Shown piece by piece: positions 24,497-39,127 of a stretch of DNA of 64,000 nucleotides (its first letter is position 1; each line of letters starts with the position of its first letter). A program made the translations under genes and the position numbers. The notes under the pieces were generated by a model that made no database searches, was not told the origin of the DNA, and saw only the letters and a program-made list of their open reading frames with translations. The stretch comes from Octopus vulgaris (lineage: Eukaryota), in the NCBI GenBank assembly GCA_951406725.2, contig OX597818.1, positions 1,922,001 to 1,986,000 of the forward strand, read 5' to 3'.

Positions 24497-25480
24497 TAGC
24501 ATTTCTATGTTTGACTTTTGCTTTGTATTTGTACAAGCTGACTCCATGTCTCACCCAGGGACCTCAAGAGACAACAAGTTAGAAGTTTATGTTGGTGTTA
24601 TGCCTAGGGTGTCATATATTTGGTTTTGCACATACTATTGTTCTAGAAAATGTTTAAGAAAACATAAGAAAATTATGAGTTTGTTTCAAGATTTGAGATT
24701 ACATAGACAGTGTTCTGCGTAGGATATGGGCAGTTCCCATGAGCACTGTCTTTTGAATTTCTGCCCTTTTTGGGTTTCCTGCTATTTGAGCTAGGTAGGA
24801 ATCAGCCCCTTTTGCTATCATTCCATGGACACCTATGACAACAGGCATTGTTTTAGTCTTGAGGTTCCACATTTTGCCAATTTCTATTTCAAAATCTTTA
24901 TACTTGCTCAGTTTTTGGTAGGTCTTGACAGATACATTTATGTCGATTGGGACAGTCATATCAATGAGAAGGCATGATTTTTGTCTGAAGTTTTTCAATA
25001 TAATGTCTGGCCGATTTGCATCTGTCTTTCCGTCAGCTTGAATGGTGAAGTTTCAGAGGAGTGAGATGTGATCATTCTCAAGCACTGGAGGTGGTTTGTG
25101 TTCCACCAGTGTTTATCATGGGGCACATCCGGTTTTTTTCAAATTACCCAGTGAATATATTGTGCTGCTCTATCAAGATCAATGGTTTCATTTTGTTGTT
25201 TACATACACGAAATGTTGAGCTACTGCTGTTCTTTAATATGTTGGCCTGGTGGGTTCTTGTAGGTAGGCATTGGTCATAGGCTGCTATGATAAACGCTAC
25301 TGTTTCTGATTTTAAGCCAGAAGACACTAACCATTGATGAATAAGGGCTTCGTCAACTTCGGCACTATTAGCTCTCTTTGGGTGTGTGCAACTGAGAGGT
25401 TTTTCTTGCCATTTATCAGTAAGAATATCTAAGGCAGCAGTTTTAGCACGGGTTTTCAAACAAGCTTTTTCGGTGTTTGT
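24497..25480 (-). pseudogene. R4/Dong-like non-LTR retrotransposon 3' fragment (restriction-like endonuclease)
   Basis: WLVSSGLKSETVAFIIAA, RPDI, CLLIDMTVP, KLSKYKD, PVVIG. Confidence 0.85.
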
Positions 25481-25502
25481 TATTATTATTATAATTATTA
25501 AT

Positions 25503-25548
<46 letters not shown>

Positions 25549-25551
25549 CCA

Positions 25552-25611
<60 letters not shown>

Positions 25612-25613
<2 letters not shown>

Positions 25614-26320
25614 CAGTAGTTTTATTTTTATAGCGTGCTTTCACTTCACTACCGAGCGCAGCTCTGTGTGCCTTAGGTATGTGCTGTGATTTGTTGTGAT
25701 GCTCTGATGGTTATTGTATGGAAAGTGTTCTGCGTAGGATGTGTGCAGTGCCTAGTAGTGCAATTTTCTGTATGTTATATGTGTTTGTAAGTCCTGGTGT
25801 TTTTGTTATGTATTTGTCTGAATATTTTTTATCATGCCTAATGCACCTACTATGATAGGAATTGTTTCTGTTTTTAGATTCCACATTCTGGTTACCTCTA
25901 TTTCCAGGTCTTTGTATTTTGAAAGTTTCTCCATTTCTTTTAGAGACACGTTGTCATCTGCCGGTATTGATACATCAATTAAAAAGCATTTTTCTTCTTC
26001 ATGATCTCTGACAACTATATCTGGTCTGTTGGCCTTAATCTCTCTATCTGTGTGTATCGGCATATCCCAGAGTATGGTTGCTTTCTCGTTTTCTGTGACC
26101 TTTTCTGGTGTGTGCCTATACCATCTTTTTTCTGTTGTTATTCCATAATGTTGGCATAGCTTCCAGTGTATGTAGGTTCCAACTCTGCCATGTCTGTGAA
26201 TATATTCCTTCTTAGCCAGGACTGTGCAGCCAGAGATAATATGATTTATTGTTTCTTGTCCATCTCCACATATTCTGCAGTTACTTGTTATATTTCTTTT
26301 CATTACATGTTTTTGGTAAT
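25612..26320 (-). pseudogene. R4/Dong-like 3' fragment (CCHC + RLE)
   Basis: CRICGDGQETINHIISGC...RH...ANRPDIVV...LIDVSIP...KLSKYKDL. Confidence 0.9.
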
Positions 26321-26326
26321 TGGTAA

Positions 26327-26377
<51 letters not shown>

Positions 26378-26409
26378 CATCATCATTTTTATTATTATTA
26401 TCATTATTA

Positions 26410-26465
<56 letters not shown>

Positions 26466-26468
<3 letters not shown>

Positions 26469-26935
26469 TGAGAGTGCAGTGCATACCATCAGAGTGATAC
26501 TGGGGTACAAATATACCCATCATCACTTCCCGTCTGATAAAGGTACACCAGGCACATGCACCACAACCATATGTTCACGACTTGGTGATCTCGTAACAAG
26601 ATAAATATCACTTAACTTTGCAGATAGGCACCAGTTGGAATTCTTTTCAGGTCGAGTAGCCTATCCTACACAAGTCCTGAATAAGATTTGTTTCCGGAGG
26701 TGAATAATTCAAACCCCCAAAGAATTCCTTTCAATACATGGTTATGATGTTTCCCCACCACTTCTTGTGATCAGCGATGCACATATCATCAGCCACGAAG
26801 GAACATGCTCAACTGGTTAAGGTCAAGCAACTGACAAGCAAATCAATGGTGTTGAGTAGAATATTTGGTGTAGCCCATCTTTTATACCGAGACAAAATAT
26901 ATACATGAGAGCCAGTGCCTGGTACTGCATCAAGA
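26466..26935. repeat. Unclassified non-coding interspersed repeat embedded in (TAA)n (family X)
   Basis: Similar to 29530-30089 and to a fragment at 23908-24025. Confidence 0.75.
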
Positions 26936-26966
26936 CATGATTATTAATAATAGTAATTATTATTAA

Positions 26967-27009
<43 letters not shown>

Positions 27010-27011
<2 letters not shown>

Positions 27012-29225
27012 TTTTTTTTCTTCTTCTTTCGAATTTGCTATCATTTCTTGCCGAGTGTCTTCCCGACTCCTAGGGCAAAGAAACTCATAGTATACATTGG
27101 TAGGCCATTAAACCAAACTCAGTAGTTCGTTCATTTTTTTTTTTTTTTTTTTTTTAAAGTTAAATTAAAATACATGAGCAGCAACAGTTCTCACATCGAC
27201 AATGCTCTTCTCAATACGTGTGATGTACCAGTTAAGACAATCTTTTGCACTTCTTGCAGGGATGGTAAGCCAGGGATCATTCTCATATAATTTTCGGTTC
27301 CCTTCTTGATCATTCCTAGTGCTCCTACGATCACTGGTATTGTAACCGCCTTGAGATGCCACATTTTCTCAATTTCAATGAGTAGGTCTTTATATTTTCT
27401 GAGCTTGTCAAACTCTTTCGCTGAGATATTATGATCACAGGGGATGCTCATGTCGATCAATAAGCAAACTTTATTGTTTTGGTCTTTCACAACAATATCT
27501 GGTTTATTGGCCTTGATGGTTCGGTCTGTATGTACTGGAAAGTCCCACATAATGGTTACATTTTCTCCTTCAGTTACAGCCTCAGGGTGGTGATTATACC
27601 ACTTGTCGGCAGTTTTGATATTGTAATGCCGACTTATTAGCTAGTGGAGATATTGGCCAACTCTGTCATGTCTTAATTTATACTCCACTGGTGCTAAGAC
27701 TTTACATCCAGAGATTAGGTGGTCCACTGTTTCAATCATGTCGTTGCAGAATCGGCATTTTGGGTCTGCTCCATTTTTCATCACATTGGCCTGGTAGTTC
27801 CGAGTTAATAGGCTTTGATCTTGAGCAGCCAGGATGAAACCTTCGCTCTCTGCTTTTAGCCCTGAGCTCCGTAGCCACTGATGGGTTTGCTTCTGGTCAA
27901 CATCAGCTTGTTTGCTGCGGGTCACATATTTGCCGTGCAGAGGTTTCTCCTCCCACCTATCAGCCAATTGCTCGTGCGCTTTTTTCATTGCCATCATTTT
28001 CACCTTCTTTGCAACAATAGTTGCCGTACTTCTCTCGGGTTGTTCAGTTTGGGTATCCTGCACGAGATCAATAGCAAATTTTTTGCTTTCCTTTATGATA
28101 GAATGAAGCTTCTTTCGTCTCTCGTGATTTTCCACGAGCTTTAGCATCCAGTCATTCGATATTTCGAGATATTTGGCCAGTCCAATTGTGGTTGTTTTGT
28201 AAGCTAGTTCAAATTGGATCAGGCCTCGACCTCCTTGGGCTCTGGGAAGGATAAAGGCGATCTACGTCTGCCTTTGGGTGGTGCATCCTATTACAACTCA
28301 GCAGCTTGCGTGTTTTCCTATCTATATTCTTTACTTCACTCATATTCCAGTTCAACACATTGTAGCTATAAGTAACAACTGGAACTGCTAAGGAATTTAT
28401 AGCTAACACCTTGTTACGTGCATTTAGTTCAGATTTCAGGACTGCACGAACTCTCCTATAACATTCCTTCCTGATTTTCTCTTTCATGCTTGCATGCTGA
28501 ATACCAGAGCCTTCATTTATCCCTAAATATTTGTATGTTTGTTCTTGCTCAAGCTCTCTTATGACTGTGTCAACATCTAACACGACTAAATGGCCTTGGC
28601 ACACTTCTCAAGTCCAAACTCCATCCCGATGTCATCGCTGAATGCTTTCACGGTGCGCAATAGGCCTTCAAGTTCATTATTGTCTTTACCATAAAGTTTT
28701 AAGTCATCCATATAAAATAGATGGCTTATTTTTTTATTGGCAATTTTATACCCATACCCTGTTCTGTTTAATTCACTTGTAAGGGGTATTAGGGCTATGC
28801 AGAATATTAAAGGTGAAAGTGAGTCACCTTGAAAAATTCCACAGTTGATGTTTATATTTTCTGAGGCAAGTACTCCATTAGAGTGGTATAATTGGAGATT
28901 CGTATTCCACAACGACATATTGTGCTTCAGGAAGTTTGAAATCACAGGGGAAATTTTGAAGATGTCCAGCGATCTCAAGATCCATGGATGCGGTATACTG
29001 TCGAAGGCCTTTTTGTAGTCAATCCATGCGGTGCTGAGATTTCTGCGCTTGTTGTGACAGATTGATTAGCAGTTGATCTTTGCATCCGTAAGAGCCTCGG
29101 CGGCACCCTTTTTGTTCAATGGGGAAAATATCGTTCTTCTCCATGAATGCATATGTTTTCTCCGCCAGGATAGATGTTAGGATTTTATACGTGGTGGACA
29201 GACAGGTTATAGGCCGATAGTTTTT
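27010..29225 (-). pseudogene. R4/Dong-like LINE, RT + CCHC + RLE, 5'-truncated
   Basis: NYRPITCL, EQKGC, GIFQGDSLSPL, HLFYMDDLKLY, YKYLG, CRFC...ETVDHLISGC, NKPDIVV. Confidence 0.92.
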
Positions 29226-29263
29226 ATCATTATCATTATTATTATTATTATCTTCATTATTAT

Positions 29264-29472
29264 TCAGTAGTCTTACTTTTATCACATGCTTTCACTGCAC
29301 TACCGAGCGCAGCTCTGTGAGCCTTGGGTGTGTGCTGTGGTTTGTTGTGAGGCTGTTATTTTTACTGTATTGAAAGTGTTTTACGTAGGATGTGTGCGGT
29401 ACTGAGAAATGCTATTTTCTGAATGTTACATATATTTGTTAGTCCGGGTGTTTTTGCTATGTATTTGTCTGA
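29264..29472 (-). mobile_element. R4/Dong-like extreme 3' fragment
   Basis: Near-copy of 25615-25822 (cactaccgagcgcagctctgtg). Confidence 0.8.
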
Positions 29473-29529
<57 letters not shown>

Positions 29530-30088
29530 GAGTGAGAGAGCAGTTCATGCCATCAAAGTGACACTGGGGTAAAATATACGAAGCCCAATATACCCATCAT
29601 GACATGACTACCCGTCTGATAAGGGTACACCAGGCACATGCATCACAACCATATGTGCGCGACATGGTGATCTCATATCAAGATAAACAGCACATGACCT
29701 TGCAGGTGGGGCCCAGTTAGAATTTTCTTCAGGTCGAGTAGCCCATCTCGCTCAAAGGGTCCCTGAATAAGGGTTGTTTAAGGATGTAGAACGAAACACT
29801 AATGTTTCCAGAGGTGAATTATTCAAACCCCAAAGAATCCCTCTCAACACATGGCTATGATGCTCCCCCACTACTTCTGCTCGTGATCAGAGATGCACAT
29901 ATCGTCAGCCACAAAGAGACATGCTCAACTGGTTAAGGTTAAACAACTGACAAGCAAATCTGTGGTATTGAGCAGAATATTTGCTGTAGCCCATCTTTTA
30001 TACCAAGACAAAACAATGTACATGATAACACCTCCAATCAGTTAAGATCAGAAGCCATGAGAGTCACTGCCTGGTACTGCATCAGGGC

Positions 30089-30089
<1 letters not shown>
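29530..30089. repeat. Family X, longest copy, (ATT)n on both sides
   Basis: gagtgagagagcag...gcctggtactgcatcagggc; similar to 26466-26935. Confidence 0.8.
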
Positions 30090-30144
<55 letters not shown>

Positions 30145-31150
30145 GAAAATTCACAGCTTACTTTGCTGGGTATGATGAAAAGTGTCAGCTGTCCACAGCC
30201 AGCAGACTAAGGTGACACTTGTTTACTGGTCATACTTCAAGAACCTTGCAAAGAATTATTGCAGTTCAAAATAATGCTGATTTTTGTAGGTGTTCTACCT
30301 TCACACTTGCTGCAGTCTTTTTCAGCCATGTTGGTAGTTGAGTGCTGATACTTTCAAGTGCACCAATTACTATTGGTATCACGTCTACTCATTGACCACA
30401 GCCTTTGTATTTCCCACTTTAAATCGTCACAGTCGTTTATCTTTTCTTCTTTCACATTCATACTTTTGTCACCGGGGCATGCTATGTCGATCATCACACA
30501 TGCTCTTTATTTCAATTCACTCAACAATATCCGGTTTCCTATGTCTGGTCGGGTGATTACACAGGATTTTGCAATTCTCATTTTCGGTGACTCCTTCTGG
30601 AGTTTGCTCATACAACGTCTTTACTCTTTGTAGGCCATGATTTCCATTGAGCTCCCAATGGATCATTCTTGCCACATTATCATGGAATCGTTTGTGTTCG
30701 CGTTGTGCCAATTTCGGGTATTCGCTAACGACGTACCATACTGTTATCACCCCTCACACCACACATTCTGCATTTGTCGCTATTGGTAGAGCTGTCTATT
30801 CTGCACTTCGTTGACGCATTTCCTTAACGTTTGTTCTTGAGCTGCGCATATGAGTGCTTCTGTCTCTATCTTCAGATCACTCTTCATCATCCATAGCCAC
30901 CGGTACTTTGTATGTCTTGACGTTCACATCTCTTGCAAACTGGCCATATATTTTTCCTTCCCTGCTTTTTCTTATTTTTTTGTTCATTTCTTGTTTAAAT
31001 TTTTCTTTAGTTACACAATTTTCAGTTTTGATAATACCAGCCCTCTTCGTGTGTTTCAACAGTGGCTCCACGGCATTTTTACATACCACCCTCAATACTA
31101 AAACAATGGACCATGTTCACCAAGAAACTCACTTGTGTCTCATCTTTGCC
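30145..31150 (-). pseudogene. Decayed R4/Dong-like LINE 3' part
   Basis: KIYGQFARD, PKLAQREHKRFHDNVARMIHWEL, TPEGVTENENCKIL, RKPDIV. Confidence 0.8.
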
Positions 31151-32149
31151 ATACAGTTTCAAATCATCCATGAAGAGGAGGTGGTTGATTGTTTGGGGTT
31201 TTCCCTTTCCTCAAGTTTTTTTCCTGCAAAATCCCACATTGATTTCTTACTCAAGCTTTTTCTCTTGTAAAGTCGCCAATCCACTAAAATTAAGAAATAT
31301 TTAGTTGTTTAAATCCGTCAGGATATCTTTTTTAAGAAGAAGCCATTACTTGATCATTTGGCCTTCAAGAAATAGCACTCAAATCTCCTTCAAATTATAC
31401 TCTACCGTTTGGGGAAAAACATAATGGTAATGTAGTCGTAGAAGAAAAGTGATCAAGTGATGGACGAGGTCGTCACTGGGAAGACTTTGACCACCGGCCT
31501 GCTCAGTCAGCACCAGCCTGGGGCTAAACGAGCATCACTGCAACAACAAATTCTTTTACACATTTGTAAGTTTATCGGAAATAAAATATCTACTCAGCAT
31601 CTGAATTTAATTATCCCTGGATATTACTATTTTTAAAGAATCTTCTAGCAAAACTTCATGTTATGAAATAAGAATCTAAAGAATGTTCAAGTCTCATAAA
31701 TTTGACTTATGCTGATGGCTGCCTTTTAAATGTCACATATATCAGTTTTACAATCGTTCGCCAGTACACAGTAATATTGTTGATAAAGGACTCCCTTTCT
31801 TTTAATTTTGATAATATCTACGGGGAAAGCTTTATCGTAGAACAACAAACACATTATTTCTGTCACATTCTCATATTCAACCCATTCTTTCTGTCTGAAG
31901 TTCTGCCCCCAAGGGACCTGAATACTCCAGCCTTTCCACAACAATAAATACTTTCTCCAAACACCCTGAGAACTTTGAAGATAATTTTTTTATGAATAAA
32001 AGAAGCAAAAACAACCCGTTCGAGTTAACGAAAAGCAATCACGTTAAACAGCTTTCACACATCAATAAGATTTGAAAGACTTACTTAGCATCACTTGAAA
32101 ATATGTTGCAGCCACAGACCACTGAGACTACAAACATCTTATATAGCTA

Positions 32150-32188
<39 letters not shown>

Positions 32189-33044
32189 TTTAACTATTGA
32201 TTTGTGGGTTAACAAGGCTACCAGAGGTTTCATGCCGGGAGAAAGTTTTTTTTTCTCAGCAGTTTTATCCTGTATCTATCGAGATGCACCAAGCAATATA
32301 AACAACCCCTGTTTGAATCAATGTTCTAAGTTCAAATTTTATCAGGGTTAATTTTGCCTTTCATGCCTCTCGCGTCCATAAAATAAAGACAACAAACTTT
32401 CTCTCGCTAAAATTGCTAGCCGTGTGTCAAAAATTAAAGCAATTATTTACTTATTTTTGACGAAGAACGTGATCATTTGGGGGTGGGGATTCAGTTTACC
32501 ATAAAATGTTAGGGCAGTTATTTTGCTGGTATCTGTGTTGGTAAGGAGAAAACGTTGGTTCCAGTAAGATGTGAACCCAGATGTTAGAAAGAAAATGTGA
32601 CTCCTCTGATTATTTTGATACCGACCACCTTGTGACGCAGCGTGGGGTGTGCAAGGTATGTGATTAGCTGGGGTGGCCATATTATCTATGCGTGTTTGCT
32701 GTAGTCGAAAGTACATTAGTTTTAAGGAAGTAGGACCGGCTAATTTGGCTACTCACAAACCGGCCACAACTTACACCATGCCATTACGATCGCCATTGCA
32801 TAACACCTCTCATCTCCATGAGACTTACCATCATTTACATACTGGAGATTGATCTTTAAATAATAAAACCATTTATAAGGCTGTTTGTTTGTAAAGAAGC
32901 CTAGAAGCGTTAAAGGTCCAGACGGTAGAGTGTTGATTGCTGACTTAATCTCATGATACAATTTTCTTCTTTAACAAAAAAACGAGAACTCACAAATTTT
33001 GAAATTGGTAAAATAACAACAGCAGCAGTAACAGCAGCTGTAGC

Positions 33045-33231
33045 GACGGCAGCGGTTACTGCTGCTGCTGCTGCTGCTGCTGCAATGGCGACGGCAGTTG
33101 CTGCTGCTACTACTACAACAGCGGCAGCGCGGATGGTGGTAAAGGCGGGGAGAGGCGGGGGTTAGCGGCGGTAGTGATGGGACAACGGCAGCAACGACGG
33201 CAACGATGACAGCAGCAGCAGCAGCAGTAGC

Positions 33232-33282
<51 letters not shown>

Positions 33283-33315
33283 GGTGGTGGTGGTGGTAGT
33301 AGTAGTAGTAGTTGC
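33045..33315. repeat. Compound trinucleotide microsatellites (GCT/GCA/GTA/GTG)
   Basis: Direct inspection. Confidence 0.9.
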
Positions 33316-33949
33316 TGTTGGTTCGTACCAGATCTGCCCTCATCGTACAAAGGGTTCCAACCAGATGCAGGCCTCTACGCTGATGCGATAACATGTACAG
33401 TTGCATACTAAAGTAGGCAGAGTAAACTTACAATGGAGGAGTAAGTTCAATGATGGTTATTTATGTCAGTTAAAAATACATGATTTAATGTCTGTAAACC
33501 AGAACAAACTAGAACAGAGAAAGAAGCAGAGCATATGATGACGTCACCTCTAACTTCACCTATTTTTTAATCTGTTGAATTAATATTGCCCGATGGCGTT
33601 CGTTCAAGTTTCTACCTGGCAAACAAATTAAATTCTTGTCATGAGTACGCTATGCTCGGCATATAAACGCATCTAAATTAATCTGTAATGCTGGCGGGCG
33701 TAGTCTTGACCGTGTAATAGTTCGTTGTAAAGCCACATGATTTTGGGTTTGATCGCACTGCATAGTAGCTTCTGTCTTCAACCATAGCTTTCAGTCTACA
33801 AAAGATTTTTCTTTTGGTATGGAAGGAGAGTGAAATTAGATGGAGGGAAATTTTGTTGAAACCATCCCATATATAATGGATTCAGGCCATCCGGTAGAGC
33901 TCGTAAAAAAGCTCCTTAGTTTGTCAGCACAAACCATACAGAGTATATA

Positions 33950-34860
33950 GTAATATACATGAGAAAATAAGGAGAATATAAAGATATAAGCGATTGAGAA
34001 ATATAATGATGAATTTTATTCAACGATAAACATCAAAATATCACGACAAATCTGTTTCAGTAGACACAAAACATGAATAACTCATATTATCGAATTTAAT
34101 GATAAATAAACAACTCACATGTCTTCATTAATTCGAAATGCAAAAAGTTCATAGAAGATAATGCAGAATTTGGGCCACCTCATCGGGTGAAAAAGGTTCA
34201 TTGTTAAATATACCGCGACTTTAATATGCCTTCTCGATATGTGTGTGTGTGTGTGTGAAAAATGCATTGAATACTAAAAAAACGTACACGTAGCACGGAC
34301 ACAGAAGGACCTTAATTCTTCATCAATTATCAACCGAAATGTTAATACTCAGTTTCATGCCTTAGTAAGAACTTCACATAACGGCGGCACCCGCAAAATT
34401 TGCGGAGAATTAGGGCTCGAGCAAACCAAACGATATAGAGTGGTCGTACGAAAGTAAATAAATATAAATTAAAACGATTGACGAAGACGGAATAAATACG
34501 GTCTTTCGGCCAAAACAGACGAGAATGACGGATAACGCCTGGAAGGAATCTTGAATGGATGTAGAAAGAGTAATACCAAGAGAGGGGATAGATATCTACC
34601 AACAAGTTAAGCGTCGGTGCCAAAAGGCAGAAAGATAGGAAAATTAGTCATGGGTCACATGTGGGCAGTAGAGGGGAAGGAGGATAAGAAAAAGGGAGAG
34701 AAACAGTGCGGCAGAGAGAACAAGGAAGGAAGGAAAGAGGTTCACAATTACAAGTGAGAGGGCGAGAGAGAGAGAAAAAAAGGAAGTTGGGATGCTAGAA
34801 AAAGAAGTATGTGAACGAGAGAGAAAAATAAGAAGATAGAAGCGCAAAAAATATATAAAA
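33950..34860 (-). mobile_element. Highly decayed PLE 3' fragment (GIY-YIG tail type seen at 7780-8930)
   Basis: Minus strand ...KFCGCRRY resembles the terminal KCxH motif; degenerate CCGATGA HHR-like box at ~34185. Confidence 0.35.
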
Positions 34861-35227
34861 GCTTACTGTTAACAAATGTCCATATATATGTATAATTTGT
34901 TTTTGTATCTGGTTAGCAAGATTCTTTATGTGAAGATTCTTTATTGTTGAAGCAAATTATGTTTTCGTCTGGGGAGAATCATATTGTCTTAATGCCTTAC
35001 TGTCTAACACACTCACAGGTTTGAATTTTCATTCATTTATAACTTGTATTTTTTCCAAAGTTTTTCGTTGCTTTTACAACCTTGTCCGTTATTGGAGTCA
35101 ACATCCATTGAGAAGGTTGCAAAAGCAACGAAAATTTTGGAAGAAACAATATAAATAATAAATGAGTTGAAATCGAGCTGATGAGTGTGTTAGATAATAA
35201 GGCATTAAGACAATATGACTCTCCCCA

Positions 35228-36235
35228 AAGGCGGCGAGCTGGCAGAAACGCTAGCACGCCGGGCGAAATGCGTAGCCGTATTTTGTATGCCGTTACGGTC
35301 TGAGTTCAAATTACGCCGAGGTCGACTTTGCCTTTCATCCTTTCGGGGTCGATAAATTAAGTACCAGTTACACACTGGGATCGATGTAATCGACTTAATC
35401 CGTTTGTCTGTCCTTGTTTGTCCCCTCTATGTTTAGCCCCTTGTTAGCACCTTGTGGACAATAAAGAAATAGGAAACGTTAGCATGCCGGGCGAAAGGCT
35501 TAGCGGTATTTCGTTCAAATTCCGCCGAGGTCGACTTTGCCTTTCATCCTTTCGGGGTCGATGAAATAAGTACCAGTTATGCACTGTGGTCGATATAATC
35601 GACTTAATCCGTTTGTCTGTCCTTGTTTGTCCCCTCTGTGTGTAGCTCCTTGTGGGCAGTAAAGAAATAAGAAACATTAAGCACACCGGGCGAAATGCGT
35701 AGGTGTATTTCGTCTGCCGTTACGTTCTGAGTTCAAATTCCGGCGAGGTCGTCTTTGCCTTTCAACCTTTCGGGGTCGATAAATTAAGTACCAGTTACGC
35801 ACTGGGGTCGATATAATCGACTTAATCTGTTTGTCTGTCCTTGTTTGTCCCCTCTGTGTTTATCCCCTTGTGGGTAGTAAAGGAATAGGTATTTCGTCTG
35901 CCGTTATGTTCTGAGTTCAAATTCCACCGAGGTCGACTTTGCCTTTCATCCTTTCGGGGTCGATAAATTAAGTACCAGTTACGCATTGGGGTCGATGTAA
36001 TCGACTTAGTCCGTTTATCTGTCCTTGTTTGTCCCCTCCATGTTTAGCCCCTTGTGGGTAGTAAAGAAACATGTATTTCGTCTGTCTTTACGTTCTGAGT
36101 TCAAATTCCGCCGCAGTGGACTTTGCCTTTCATCCTTTCGGAGTCGATAAATTAAGTACCAGTTACATACTGGGCCAATCTAATCGACTGACCCTCTTTC
36201 CCAAAATTTCGGGCATTGTGCCTAGAGTAGAAAGG
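35228..36235 (+). mobile_element. Nested/tandem SINE array (5 units) bounded by one 16-bp TSD
   Basis: TSD aatatgactctcccca at 35212-35227 and 36236-36251; four units end in the type-2 tail, the last in the type-1 tail. Confidence 0.9.
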
Positions 36236-36251
36236 AATATGACTCTCCCCA

Positions 36252-37589
<1,338 letters not shown>

Positions 37590-37649
37590 GTAATGCAATA
37601 CTAGAGTATTGCTTTCCAGTAAAGAATAGCCCGTGAGGGGAAAATACAC

Positions 37650-38040
37650 AAAGTAGTAAATATATGGCACAACGAAGTACCGATATTTACTGGAAATAGC
37701 GAACGTGCTGTTGGCGTTTCGGCGTTTCAGTCGATTGTAATGGCTTTAATGTGGTAACATCTGAGATTTTGTCATGGTATATGCTTGGCTGATGAAGATA
37801 GAACAAGATTATGGGTGGCAGACATATCTTGTAAAATCTGAAACCTGCAGGTCCCACATTATCCTTTTCCAGGTATTTCATCTTTCAGATGTTCTCCCTG
37901 GAGGTAAGACAATTTTTTCTAGTTTGTTGCACACACGCATTTTTGCTAATACATACGCGGTGAAGCTATACATTAGCGTCGTATTATTACGTTCGCTATT
38001 TCCAGTAAATATTGGTACTTCGTTGTGCCATATATTCACT

Positions 38041-38045
<5 letters not shown>
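37650..38045. repeat. Element with ~57-bp inverted repeats between (TA)n tracts
   Basis: aaagtagtaaatatatggcacaacgaagtac... / ...gtacttcgttgtgccatatattcactacttt. Confidence 0.75.
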
Positions 38046-38089
<44 letters not shown>

Positions 38090-38119
38090 TTATATATATA
38101 TATATATATATATTCTAAC

Positions 38120-39090
38120 ATAAATAATATATAAATATATGCATATATACATACATATATGTACATACCTACATCTATATGTATATATACATGCATATAT
38201 AGAACACAATGAGAAACGAAAACATAAAAACAAAAACATGGAAACGAACTTTTGTTCAAAAAACGAAAAAACACTGTACAAGACATACACCACAAGGAAT
38301 ATTCCCCTTCTTCAGTTGTCCCTGTTTCGTCTACTCCGCATTTTGAAGGTAAGGACAAGACGCGACTTCGTTGAAACAGTCCTTCCTGCAAAGCAAATTA
38401 AATAAAATTTGGGATTTTTTGCGGAGGGGTAAAAATGGTAACAAGAACAGGACAGTAAAAACAATACAAATGAAACCAGTAAAAGACAGGACAAGAATAG
38501 CACAGTAAAAATAACGATGAGGGTTGTTAAGCCAAGACAATGGAAAAATTATTTTGAACGCTTGAGGAGACAGCTTATGAGAAGGACAGGATACACCCTT
38601 ATCTCGGTGAAGATAGCAGTCGGAAAGATGGCTTCCCTCTGGTCACGTGTCAGTGACGAGAGAGAGAGGACGAGTAAGAGAGAAGGAACGGTGAAGGGGA
38701 GAGGAGAAAATTAGGGAAGGATGGGAGAGAAAACCAGAAAGTATGACGAACAAGAGAGGGAGAGAGATAGACAGAGGAGAATTAGTGAAAGTTAAGAGTG
38801 CGCATCATAATTATTTGGAAAAGGTTGCGTAGCGTTCGATCTCGAAACACGCATTGAGTCGAACCAGGGGCAGCTGATGAAGGGGAATTTTCCTTGTATT
38901 GTTTGTCCTGTACTCTGTTTTTTCGTTGTTAAAAAAGTCCGTTTCCTTGTTTGATTTTATGTTTTCGTTTCTCGTTGTGTTCTACGTTTATTTATGGTTT
39001 CTTGTACTCATATATGCATGTATATATACATATAGATGTAAGTATGTACATATATGTATGTATATATGCATATGTTTTATTTATTATATT
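38120..39090. repeat. Element with ~210-bp inverted arms (PLE-like architecture)
   Basis: ~38120-38330 inverted at ~38865-39085; adjacent 39130-39195 resembles 3772-3832 of the left PLE. Confidence 0.7.
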
Positions 39091-39096
39091 GTTATC

Positions 39097-39127
<31 letters not shown>

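Noticed and set aside
29530-30089. HDV-like ribozyme at the ends of family X
   Set aside because: Could not build the P1/P2/P3/P1.1 nested pseudoknot on either strand.
32440-32960. Possible LINE RT relic (EIKSAINTLPSG)
   Set aside because: Too decayed to assign by eye; needs a profile search.
35228-36235. CRISPR-like regular repeat array
   Set aside because: Units are ~165-245-bp SINE copies with no unique spacers; eukaryotic context and no cas genes.
38300-38900. Hammerhead at CTGAAGA/CTGATGA in the inverted arms
   Set aside because: The GAAAC-like box lies ~8 nt upstream rather than after stem II; a valid three-stem fold could not be built.
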